Virus record (IMG/VR): IMGVR_UViG_3300022752_000070
Coordinates: 1 to 62,397 of that record
DNA length: 62,397 bases
DNA from: a virus
Lineage: Duplodnaviria > Caudoviricetes
Reading direction: 5' to 3' (one strand)
In this document: one piece after another, positions 55,861 to 62,397 of the stretch
Layout of the letters: every line of letters starts with the position of its first letter
How positions within the stretch are numbered: the first letter of the stretch is position 1
Notes under the pieces: model-generated
Told to the model about the DNA's origin: nothing
What the model saw: the letters and a program-made list of their open reading frames with translations, nothing else
Database searches by the model: none
Translations under genes and position numbers: made by a program

Positions 55861-56343
55861 TTATTGCGGTGAATACTTAATTGCAATGGTAAACCGATGC
55901 ATACTGCGAAATGATGTGGCACGATGCAGAATCATTCCATCAAAACCAACCAATCGATTTGGTTTGGGAATGATACCATAAATGTTCTCATCAATATAAA
56001 ATTGTGTCTCTCCACCTTCCTGAACGTGCCAATCCAAATTTGGATAATACAGAAATGTCAGTCCCTCACCATCAATGTGAAAGAATGGATTCTCCTGTGG
56101 TGCAAAACAGTTCACATACATTCGGTACAGTTTCATGTTCCGAACGACTTCAATTCGATCCTGAATATGTTTTCTGAACAGTTTATACACAAATTCGGTC
56201 TCTGGAATATTATGAATCATTCCAGTGACTGGTAAATCTTTATCATCCTGCTCACCATAGTGATATGGTGCATTCTCACAGTAATTTAAGACAATCTGTT
56301 GTTCTTTCTGTTCTAGAAAGTCATCAATAAAATTAACTTCCAT
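55861..56343 (-). CDS. 2OG-Fe(II) oxygenase
   Basis: FFHIDG (HxD), FLYYPN, GGETQF, FDGMILHRA, RFTIA. Confidence 0.88.
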   Translation of the reverse strand: MEVNFIDDFLEQKEQQIVLNYCENAPYHYGEQDDKDLPVTGMIHNIPETEFVYKLFRKHIQDRIEVVRNMKLYRMYVNCFAPQENPFFHIDGEGLTFLYYPNLDWHVQEGGETQFYIDENIYGIIPKPNRLVGFDGMILHRATSFRSMHRFTIAIKYSPQ

Positions 56344-56983
56344 CTTGGAAATAGTCTCCGTATTGTGATACGTGCAAATTAAATGCTACGGTGATTCTTG
56401 GTGAATCTGGAGTCGGATCCGACTTTTGCACGAAATGTTGTAGATAACTTGGGAACATAATCAAATCACCTTCACGCACATGCGGATGATACTTGGGACC
56501 ATAATGATTTGATTCCATCTCCAAAGAGTGTGATCTTATCTGTTCAATGGGATCCACAAATGTCGTGGGAACATGAACATTTGAATCATACTTCAAATAG
56601 TGAATGCAAGAGAAATGTGCCTTCTTTAAAAAGATATTGCTGTTCAAATGATCATGTATTTCCTGATATTCCCCGTCATCATAATAATTATACCAGATAT
56701 CAACAATCTCCAGTTGACTTGGTTTATCAAAGAACTTTGAGACATATTTAATATAATATTGACATGCGGCACTTTGTTCGGAAAACAATGATTGATTGAT
56801 TTCAGCAATATCAAAAGATGTATGTAACTTTGTCGTCTCCCATCCGTCTGGAATCAGTGATTTCTTTCTCTGATGAATATCTTCAATAACGGGAACAATC
56901 TCATCCTGAATGATTTGATTCTCACGAATGTTGCACTGATAAATGTGAACTGGAAACAGTATTTTTTTATATGGATTGCTCAT
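56333..56983 (-). CDS. Putative 2OG-Fe(II) oxygenase (TIGR02466-like)
   Basis: WYNYY, QEIHDH (HxH), FSCIHY, EGDLIMFPSYLQHFV, RITVAFN. Confidence 0.85.
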   Translation of the reverse strand: MSNPYKKILFPVHIYQCNIRENQIIQDEIVPVIEDIHQRKKSLIPDGWETTKLHTSFDIAEINQSLFSEQSAACQYYIKYVSKFFDKPSQLEIVDIWYNYYDDGEYQEIHDHLNSNIFLKKAHFSCIHYLKYDSNVHVPTTFVDPIEQIRSHSLEMESNHYGPKYHPHVREGDLIMFPSYLQHFVQKSDPTPDSPRITVAFNLHVSQYGDYFQDGS

Positions 56984-57170
56984 GTCTTATGCACTGATTA
57001 TCGTTCCAATGTCTTATCACGCCAGAAACAATGAATACGTTAGTAATGAAATAAGTGAGAAGTATAAGAGTCCGTATATAAGCAACGTGGTCTGATTCTC
57101 TGTCATTTTTTGATGCCTTCTGGCCAAGTGCCTTCGCCCACAATCTCCACACAATTTTTTTCTTCTTCAT
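56967..57170 (-). CDS. Small membrane protein
   Basis: WRLWAKALG...one hydrophobic helix...IRHW. Confidence 0.7.
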   Translation of the reverse strand: MKKKKIVWRLWAKALGQKASKNDRESDHVAYIRTLILLTYFITNVFIVSGVIRHWNDNQCIRHEQSI

Positions 57171-57396
57171 TTTTTGATTTTCTGGACCTCACATATGTTA
57201 ACTCTTTCCATTGATTAGGATAACACAATACCATCAATCGATCATTGCGATGAATTGAACAGGCTTCATAGTTCTCTTCATCTTTTGGTTTAACTCCCAT
57301 TTCGATCGTAATATAATCTTTGGATTTGAAATACACCCATCCTTCAATATGAGGTTTCCACTTTACATAATGATCGACTTCGGGAATGTAACTCAT
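57103..57396 (-). CDS. Hypothetical protein
   Basis: 97 aa; EGWVYF, YITIE; coupled to the upstream gene. Confidence 0.7.
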   Translation of the reverse strand: MSYIPEVDHYVKWKPHIEGWVYFKSKDYITIEMGVKPKDEENYEACSIHRNDRLMVLCYPNQWKELTYVRSRKSKNEEEKNCVEIVGEGTWPEGIKK

Positions 57397-57674
57397 ACAA
57401 ATGCAGATTCAAGTGGAGTTTGCTTTGGAATCATTGCAGAATACGGTGTCGTATCAGATATATTTACACACTTACCAATTGTCTTACTATTGATGGGTGC
57501 GAAATATTCTTTTGTTTTGGTGTTGTAGAATCCCCAGATACAACGGACTGGATCACCAAGGTTGTAATCAAAATGCCGACAATGATGAATCCAGATTGCA
57601 ACAACATTACGTTTAAAGGATTCAGTCTCATATCGATATCCTTTCGGTGCTTTGTGTGGAAACTCAATTATCAT
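57393..57674 (-). CDS. Hypothetical protein
   Basis: 93 aa; FPHKAPKGY, IWGFY, TTPYSAM. Confidence 0.72.
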   Translation of the reverse strand: MIIEFPHKAPKGYRYETESFKRNVVAIWIHHCRHFDYNLGDPVRCIWGFYNTKTKEYFAPINSKTIGKCVNISDTTPYSAMIPKQTPLESAFV

Positions 57675-57831
57675 CAGGAACAGCTCTCAAATACTGGGGA
57701 TTATGTCCTTGGGCAAGATACATATTCAGTTGTTCTTTACATTGTTCTTTAGTCAGTTTTACTTGACGAGAATCAATCAGTTCCCAACCACTTGTGCAAA
57801 ATTCTTCGATTCGATACAGTGTTTCAGACAT
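57664..57831 (-). CDS. Small hypothetical protein (55 aa; absent from ORF track)
   Basis: MSETLYRIEEFCTSGWELIDSRQVKLTKEQCKEQLNMYLAQGHNPQYLRAVPDDN fills the gap. Confidence 0.7.
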   Translation of the reverse strand: MSETLYRIEEFCTSGWELIDSRQVKLTKEQCKEQLNMYLAQGHNPQYLRAVPDDN

Positions 57832-57836
57832 GGATT

Positions 57837-58067
57837 TCAAGTGGTAAATGAATCAATGATGCCAGACTCATACTCATCTGCAAGTTTGAACCTTTGAGCA
57901 TTCACAACGTTGGGCATGATGCGATCAACATAGTTCTCATCATAGGATTCTTCCTGAGAGAGAATTTCAAATGCTTCAGTATCAGTTTCGGCAATGAGAT
58001 TAATGACACCACCGTACTCCGAAGAAGGAAACGGAACCCAATAATCAACAACGTAAAGAGATTTCAT
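57837..58067 (-). CDS. Hypothetical protein
   Basis: 76 aa; YVVDYWVPFPSSEYGG; AGGAG RBS and sigma70 promoter upstream. Confidence 0.75.
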   Translation of the reverse strand: MKSLYVVDYWVPFPSSEYGGVINLIAETDTEAFEILSQEESYDENYVDRIMPNVVNAQRFKLADEYESGIIDSFTT

Positions 58068-58080
58068 TTTCTTTTGTAAA

Positions 58081-58251
58081 TTACTCCTTGATTTTAGATG
58101 AATGGTTCAGATTTGTCAACTGACGTTGGAGTTCAACTTGTATTGAAATTAAATGAGAATGCAGAAACTTTTCATACTCATTGCCTTTGGTCAAAGAAGC
58201 AAGATTATCAATCTGCATTAGTGCCAAAATCAATTTGGTTTTCTCATTCAT
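58081..58251 (-). CDS. Small hypothetical protein (56 aa; absent from ORF track)
   Basis: MNEKTKLILALMQIDNLASLTKGNEYEKFLHSHLISIQVELQRQLTNLNHSSKIKE; ATGA overlap with upstream gene. Confidence 0.68.
   Translation of the reverse strand: MNEKTKLILALMQIDNLASLTKGNEYEKFLHSHLISIQVELQRQLTNLNHSSKIKE
58091..58119 (-). promoter_or_regulatory. Sigma70 promoter TTGACA-N17-TAAAAT
   Basis: Embedded in the 3' end of 58081-58251, upstream of ATG 58067. Confidence 0.65.
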
Positions 58252-58430
58252 ACAAACTCTTGAATGTAGTAATCAACTGTCACTTCTAGTTCTGCAGCTT
58301 TTTGTTCATAGTAATGATCAGTGTATTTCTTGGCAGCAGTCCAGGCACTGTGATTGAATTGTTCAGTTTCAGAATGTTGCATAAAATCTTCAAAGGCAGT
58401 CATAAATTGTTTGATATCTTCTTCGTTCAT
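58248..58430 (-). CDS. Small hypothetical protein
   Basis: MNEEDIKQF...EQKAAELEVTVDYYIQEFV; start at ATG 58430. Confidence 0.7.
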   Translation of the reverse strand: MNEEDIKQFMTAFEDFMQHSETEQFNHSAWTAAKKYTDHYYEQKAAELEVTVDYYIQEFV

Positions 58431-58576
58431 TTTTGATCGTAAGGGCAATCGGGATGATGTGCATAATGAGCACAGGCATTGTATGCCTTGAACAATTCTG
58501 CATCACGGTGAATCAAAAAAACATTCCAACCAATCATAAACCCAATTCCACCCAAAATAAGATAACGCAATTTCAT
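58427..58576 (-). CDS. Small membrane-anchored protein (49 aa; absent from ORF track)
   Basis: MKLRYLILGGIGFMIGWNVFLIHRDAELFKAYNACAHYAHHPDCPYDQK; coupled at both ends. Confidence 0.68.
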   Translation of the reverse strand: MKLRYLILGGIGFMIGWNVFLIHRDAELFKAYNACAHYAHHPDCPYDQK

Positions 58577-58809
58577 CAGCAAGCACCTGCCATAGGATTC
58601 ACATTGACTGCTTCAGTGTTGAAACCAGTCACTTCATAACCAAGACCAATGCGTTCCTCACACTCACGTTGAAAATCACGTTTGGTGATACACTTGGTGC
58701 TCATCGTATCCACACCTTGAAACTTCAGAACCTTGTAGATAAATTGAGTGCTACCTTCGATGGGATAATAATCCACAACCATCGTGCCAGTGCTGGAGGT
58801 CAGTTGCAT
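58576..58809 (-). CDS. Early hypothetical protein
   Basis: 77 aa, first ATG after a box promoter, GGAG RBS. Confidence 0.75.
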   Translation of the reverse strand: MQLTSSTGTMVVDYYPIEGSTQFIYKVLKFQGVDTMSTKCITKRDFQRECEERIGLGYEVTGFNTEAVNVNPMAGAC

Positions 58810-58843
58810 GGGGTGTCTCCCTTGATTACCTTTGTATTATAGG

Positions 58844-59047
58844 TCAGAACGACGGCACCACGTCGTTGCGTAGACCAGTTTGCGAAGTGTCCATCTGTTC
58901 AAAGACTGTGTACAGTTTGTTATACAATGCCGATGCACTTCCATATTCTCTTGCAATTCGATTTTCTTCTCTAATGTCAAGTAATTGAAGTGCAGACAGA
59001 ATGACTCCAATTTCTTGAACATTCAGTTGTACGGTTGCTTCAGTCAT
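58844..59047 (-). CDS. Small hypothetical protein
   Basis: MTEATVQLNVQEIGVILSALQ...; 3' end runs through a box. Confidence 0.7.
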   Translation of the reverse strand: MTEATVQLNVQEIGVILSALQLLDIREENRIAREYGSASALYNKLYTVFEQMDTSQTGLRNDVVPSF

Positions 59048-59052
59048 AATTC

Positions 59053-59214
59053 TCATACAGAAAGAGTAACGTCAATTTCTTTAATATTCAGACCACACAG
59101 TTGATCATAGACACGTTTCAGAATAATGTCAACTGCTTTCTTTGCTTTGGACCTCTCATACCAGACGGTGCGAAGTCCATCAAACGTTTCAACTTGAATG
59201 CGGTAGGTTTTCAT
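59053..59214 (-). CDS. Small hypothetical protein (53 aa; absent from ORF track)
   Basis: MKTYRIQVETFDGLRTVWYERSKAKKAVDIILKRVYDQLCGLNIKEIDVTLSV. Confidence 0.68.
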   Translation of the reverse strand: MKTYRIQVETFDGLRTVWYERSKAKKAVDIILKRVYDQLCGLNIKEIDVTLSV

Positions 59215-59217
59215 TCT

Positions 59218-59379
59218 TCAGTCCTCGGGATAGAGTTTCCAACCATCAGGTCGAATACCCAGTTCTTCACAACGCACCTCATAAACAATCCGTTTCAGAA
59301 GTTGCAGAGGCATTTCATTCTCAATCTTTTTCTGAATCGTGCGACGGATCTGTTGATCCTGAATCGTGTCGGTGACCAT
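59218..59379 (-). CDS. Small hypothetical protein (53 aa)
   Basis: MVTDTIQDQQIRR...; first ATG after a box promoter. Confidence 0.68.
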   Translation of the reverse strand: MVTDTIQDQQIRRTIQKKIENEMPLQLLKRIVYEVRCEELGIRPDGWKLYPED

Positions 59380-59404
59380 CTTGGTTCCCTTGATTACCTT
59401 GTAA

Positions 59405-59881
59405 TTATAGGGCAATCATCAGACGATTCGGAAAGAACTGTGCCACTTGATGATCCGTCCACCCATTCTTCTCAAATAGGTACTCAAGATATAGGGTTTC
59501 TTCCTGTTCCCGTGCCTCTATTTCGTGTGGTTGATGCCAATAGTCGTACTTTTCGACAGGTTCTTTAGAATAACACAATTTTCCGTATCGGACCCGCAGT
59601 GAACCGACTACCCACTGTCGCAGGTGGACCAGTTCATGCAAAAGAGTTTTTATATACAATTCCTCATCCATATGAGTCTGAAGTTCAATCAGAAACTCAC
59701 GAGGAAGACGTGATTCACCCACATAGTCGCAATAACCATAAACCTGCTCACGACGCAGACCACGATGAAGAATCTCTACCTCAATCTTATGACGGGGTAG
59801 AAACTTATTCAGAAACCAAGTGGTAACGTCCTCACAGAGGCGTTTAGAATAACCATATCCAGAATGCGTGATGTAAGACAT
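59405..59881 (-). CDS. HExxH zinc metallopeptidase-like protein
   Basis: KTLLHELVHLRQW and YWHQPHEIEA. Confidence 0.75.
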   Translation of the reverse strand: MSYITHSGYGYSKRLCEDVTTWFLNKFLPRHKIEVEILHRGLRREQVYGYCDYVGESRLPREFLIELQTHMDEELYIKTLLHELVHLRQWVVGSLRVRYGKLCYSKEPVEKYDYWHQPHEIEAREQEETLYLEYLFEKNGWTDHQVAQFFPNRLMIAL

Positions 59882-59945
59882 TGACCCCAGTGCAAAAACC
59901 AAATGAACGAAGAAATGAAGATGAGTTTGTCTTTAGCAGTCATAA

Positions 59946-60377
59946 TCATTTAAGGTACAGATAAGAACCTGCCCAGTCTGCATTTTCAAGCAACCATTCA
60001 CGATGCTCAATGATGCGAAGATCGTAGCGAACACCTTTGGCAGGAGACTTCCAAGATGCAGACTTATAAACTTGACCAGTCTTCTTATCCACAAAGGCGT
60101 GGACAGATCGAGAACCAGAAGCATTCATAATGATCTTATGATACTTACGGCCAGTTTCGGGATAAAACTCATAATCACAAATACCCTGCTTCAGTTTATC
60201 AATACAAGAATCGTGGTATTCGACATCTTCAGTACGAAGCGCGTGATACTTGATGCTATAATCGATGTAATTCTGACGTAGTGCCTCACAGAGAGCATAG
60301 GTGTGCCCCAGAACTGCCTCTGCAATGTTCTTCCGTGCCTCTTGCTGGGCAGCATAGTCGGCAAAGGTGGTAGTCAT
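59946..60377 (-). CDS. Conserved early hypothetical protein
   Basis: GRKYHKI, SVHAFVDKKTGQVYKSASWKSPAKGVRY; start at ATG 60377 after the box promoter. Confidence 0.78.
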   Translation of the reverse strand: MTTTFADYAAQQEARKNIAEAVLGHTYALCEALRQNYIDYSIKYHALRTEDVEYHDSCIDKLKQGICDYEFYPETGRKYHKIIMNASGSRSVHAFVDKKTGQVYKSASWKSPAKGVRYDLRIIEHREWLLENADWAGSYLYLK

Positions 60378-60429
60378 CGGTTGATTGCGTATGAAGGTAT
60401 TATAGGGCATCCTAGAGGGGTTTCTAGGG

Positions 60430-60555
60430 TCAGTATGCCAGTTCCGAATCTGGCACCCAGGAGTCGTCTTCTCCCATGTATCCCATCCAATCTTGAGGGT
60501 CGGTTTCATACATCGCAATCTCCCGCAGTTCATCAATCAGTTCGGACAGGTCCAT
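60430..60555 (-). CDS. Small acidic peptide (41 aa; absent from ORF track)
   Basis: MDLSELIDELREIAMYETDPQDWMGYMGEDDSWVPDSELAY; GAGGAG RBS; own box promoter. Confidence 0.7.
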   Translation of the reverse strand: MDLSELIDELREIAMYETDPQDWMGYMGEDDSWVPDSELAY

Positions 60556-60623
60556 AATGACTCCTCAGATACCTTGTTATTATAGCAGAAAACCCGCCTT
60601 GTGAGCGGGTCTTGTGCCAGTTT

Positions 60624-61052
60624 TCAAACTGCCAGTGCTGCAGAAGGAATCTCTACACTTTCAAGGTAGGTTTCGTGCCAATCGCAGGTATCATAGCACA
60701 ACCAACCTTCCTCTTGAGTATAGACATATCCGTACTCTTCACCGTTTTGAAGAAACTCACCCAGGTTTTTATCAAGGCGAGGAGGGCAATTCTCCCCACG
60801 GGCAGAGTAATATTGGGGACCATATTCCTCAACCTTAGTAGGATAAGAACCCCAACGGTCTCCAGTCCAACGCTCATTAGTCCAACAAGTGCTCATATCG
60901 CCACCATCAATCAGTTCGGCAGCGAGTTCTTTGCTATTGTAGTGCGTCTTCAAGATGCGACCCAACCATTCGGGATAAGAATCCCAGTGATGATAAGCAG
61001 AGAGCACAGAACCATCAGAGAGTTCGATACCGATGCGTCCACGAGTTGCCAT
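60624..61052 (-). CDS. Conserved early hypothetical protein
   Basis: MATRGRIGI, YHHWDSYPEWLG, LIDGGDMS, EEYGYVY; stop inside a box. Confidence 0.8.
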   Translation of the reverse strand: MATRGRIGIELSDGSVLSAYHHWDSYPEWLGRILKTHYNSKELAAELIDGGDMSTCWTNERWTGDRWGSYPTKVEEYGPQYYSARGENCPPRLDKNLGEFLQNGEEYGYVYTQEEGWLCYDTCDWHETYLESVEIPSAALAV

Positions 61053-61134
61053 TGAGGTGTTTGTTGATTACCTTGTTATTATAGGGTATCCTGTGCCCCC
61101 TGTGAGGGTCTGTGTGCCAGTTTACTAACTGTCC

Positions 61135-61347
61135 TCAATTATCGTAAATTCTACACTCGATTGCATCAGGATTGGCATCACAATAAAGTTCAAAAGCATT
61201 CGGATCGTGATCATCATCGGGATGATTTACTCTATATGATTTTAGTGCTTCTAATTTTGCTTCAGTATGTCTTCGTGCTTGTGGGGAAATCATAGGATCA
61301 TTCAAAAGATTCTCATCTTTCTGAATGTGTTGATCGATATTGTCCAT
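61135..61347 (-). CDS. cp12: CP12 Calvin-cycle inhibitor (auxiliary metabolic gene)
   Basis: SPQARRH...FELYCDANPDAIECRIYDN, the CP12 C-terminal C-x8-C motif of the cyanophage type. Confidence 0.92.
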   Translation of the reverse strand: MDNIDQHIQKDENLLNDPMISPQARRHTEAKLEALKSYRVNHPDDDHDPNAFELYCDANPDAIECRIYDN

Positions 61348-61378
61348 AGTTTTATGTCGTAATGATGATATTTATTTT

Positions 61379-61585
61379 TTATTCACCTAGAGAAGATCCT
61401 CTCCAGTTTTTAGGTGGGGGTGGATCACACTTGCCTTCAAGTGAACGAACCATTAACTCAGCAAACTTTTCCATTTTTTCGGCAGAAACAGATGCTGGAC
61501 GATAAGTAATTGCTTCTTTAAGTGCAACAAGTTCGTCCCATTCTTCAGTTGTAAGGATTTCGTTGCTGGTTTTTGGTAAAGTCAT
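61379..61585 (-). CDS. Hypothetical protein
   Basis: 68 aa; EWDELVALKEAI...MEKFAELMVRSL. Confidence 0.7.
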   Translation of the reverse strand: MTLPKTSNEILTTEEWDELVALKEAITYRPASVSAEKMEKFAELMVRSLEGKCDPPPPKNWRGSSLGE

Positions 61586-61669
61586 AGAGTTTTTGCGATG
61601 TGTCCCAATGTTAGCATTTCAGTACACTACTATCTAGAAACTTAATGTTTTCTTCGGGATCGGGTTACA

Positions 61670-62017
61670 TTACTTAATAAAATCTTCAAGAGTATTTAAG
61701 TCATCTTTAAGTTCTTTTTCTCGTTTCTTATCGTGATAATAACTCCAGAGTGCGTTGTGTGTATCCATCAGATTATCAATCCAAAAACCTGCAGGATAGA
61801 TTCCGAGAGCATCTTGAAGACCACGATGACTAGTACCTTCCTCCTCTGCCTTACACATAATATAACAGATTGCCTGAACCATATCAAGTTTATCTTCTTC
61901 AGAAAGCATATAATACTTTCCTACTGCTCGTTGCTTTGCCTCTTCATTTGCTTTTTGAAGATTCTTACAAGCATCAGAGTCCCACCACTCTTGCCAGGAG
62001 TTTTTCGTTTCAGTCAT
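61670..62017 (-). CDS. Hypothetical protein
   Basis: MTETKNSWQEWW...; start at ATG 62017 preferred. Confidence 0.7.
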   Translation of the reverse strand: MTETKNSWQEWWDSDACKNLQKANEEAKQRAVGKYYMLSEEDKLDMVQAICYIMCKAEEEGTSHRGLQDALGIYPAGFWIDNLMDTHNALWSYYHDKKREKELKDDLNTLEDFIK

Positions 62018-62240
62018 CTTTTCCAAAAAATGTTCCAAAGAAACCAGAATCTCCTGGTTTGCGATTTTCCAGTTTATCTAGCAGTGCATCAGTATGCATA
62101 ACACTATCAATACGACTAATAAGGTCTGCTATAACTGAGCACACCATTGGACGTTCTTGACGAGCAGCATATGCAAGTGCATTTCGCAATGATGCTTCTG
62201 CTTCTTTCAGAGATTCTTCTACTGATTGTGATAATGCCAT
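62010..62240 (-). CDS. Hypothetical protein
   Basis: MALSQSVEESLKEAEASLRNALAYAARQERP; GGAG RBS. Confidence 0.75.
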   Translation of the reverse strand: MALSQSVEESLKEAEASLRNALAYAARQERPMVCSVIADLISRIDSVMHTDALLDKLENRKPGDSGFFGTFFGKDD

Positions 62241-62395
62241 TAAAATTCACTCCGTAGTCTTGGTATAAAAGGTTTATCGTTCCATTTGCAATAATCTGGA
62301 AGTTCTGCTTTTTGTTCCTCAAAATATTGACAAATTATAGCATTATCTGGAGGATATTTGGGTCTTGAATATTCCGATTTAACGCTATTAATATG
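62240..62395 (-). CDS. 3' part of a hypothetical gene truncated by the window edge
   Basis: Open frame ...HINSVKSEYSRPKYPPDNAIICQYFEEQKAELPDYCKWNDKPFIPRLRSEF*; stop overlaps the next ATG. Confidence 0.5.
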   Translation of the reverse strand, partial: HINSVKSEYSRPKYPPDNAIICQYFEEQKAELPDYCKWNDKPFIPRLRSEF

Positions 62396-62397
62396 AC

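Larger units (their letters stand above)
49506..61136 (-). repeat. Dispersed 24-bp palindromic box TGTGCCA(C/G)T-N6-ACTG(T/G)CAC, 12 copies, at early promoters
   Basis: Copies start at 49506, 50112, 51072, 51402, 52279, 52560, 52638 (inverted), 58871, 59439, 60434, 60613, 61113; the 11 direct copies lie 28-31 bp from a minus-strand -10 hexamer. Confidence 0.9.

Noticed and set aside
60378-60536. N-terminal extensions of ORFs through box promoters (also 51389, 52308, 52615, 59415)
   Set aside because: They cross the box/hairpin/-10 elements and overlap other genes; downstream ATGs fit the promoter architecture
1-62397. tRNA/rRNA genes, introns, inteins, integrase or reverse transcriptase
   Set aside because: None recognised by eye; core genes (gp17, gp20, gp23, uvsW) are uninterrupted and of normal length. 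tRNAscan/Infernal were not run

Overview
A 62.4 kb segment of a T4-like (Kyanoviridae-type) cyanophage genome, with essentially every real gene on the minus strand. The cp12 gene and the cyanomyovirus gene order point to a cyanobacterial host. Positions 1-45,200 hold the conserved late/virion block: gp55, uvsW, uvsY, gp3, gp23-gp13, a VrlC-like protein, gp8, gp7, gp6 and gp25, with T4-type late promoters. Positions 45,200-48,900 hold a small accessory cluster (speD, an ATP-grasp-like protein, a glycosyltransferase-like protein, an AbrB-like protein and an HNH endonuclease). Positions 48,900-62,397 are an early/hypervariable region of very short ORFs, many missing from the supplied ORF track. 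That region is organised by 12 copies of a 24-bp 9-6-9 palindromic box, 11 of them a fixed 28-31 bp upstream of a -10 element. It also contains a control locus at about 52,560-53,420 with an inverted box pair, five phased TCTCGWCGAGA palindromes between divergent sigma70 promoters, an orphan plus-strand promoter, direct repeats and an AT-rich tract (candidate switch/origin). An island of three 2OG-Fe(II) oxygenases, two Cys-rich proteins and a gp38-like adhesin interrupts it. Other leads are a virion-wide G-[IVLF]-x-[TS] motif (possible glycosylation sequon), an unannotated NblA-like ORF, capsid-targeted/polyprotein-like internal head proteins and a dockerin-like insert in gp7. All calls come from reading the sequence and recalled family motifs; no database searches were run.
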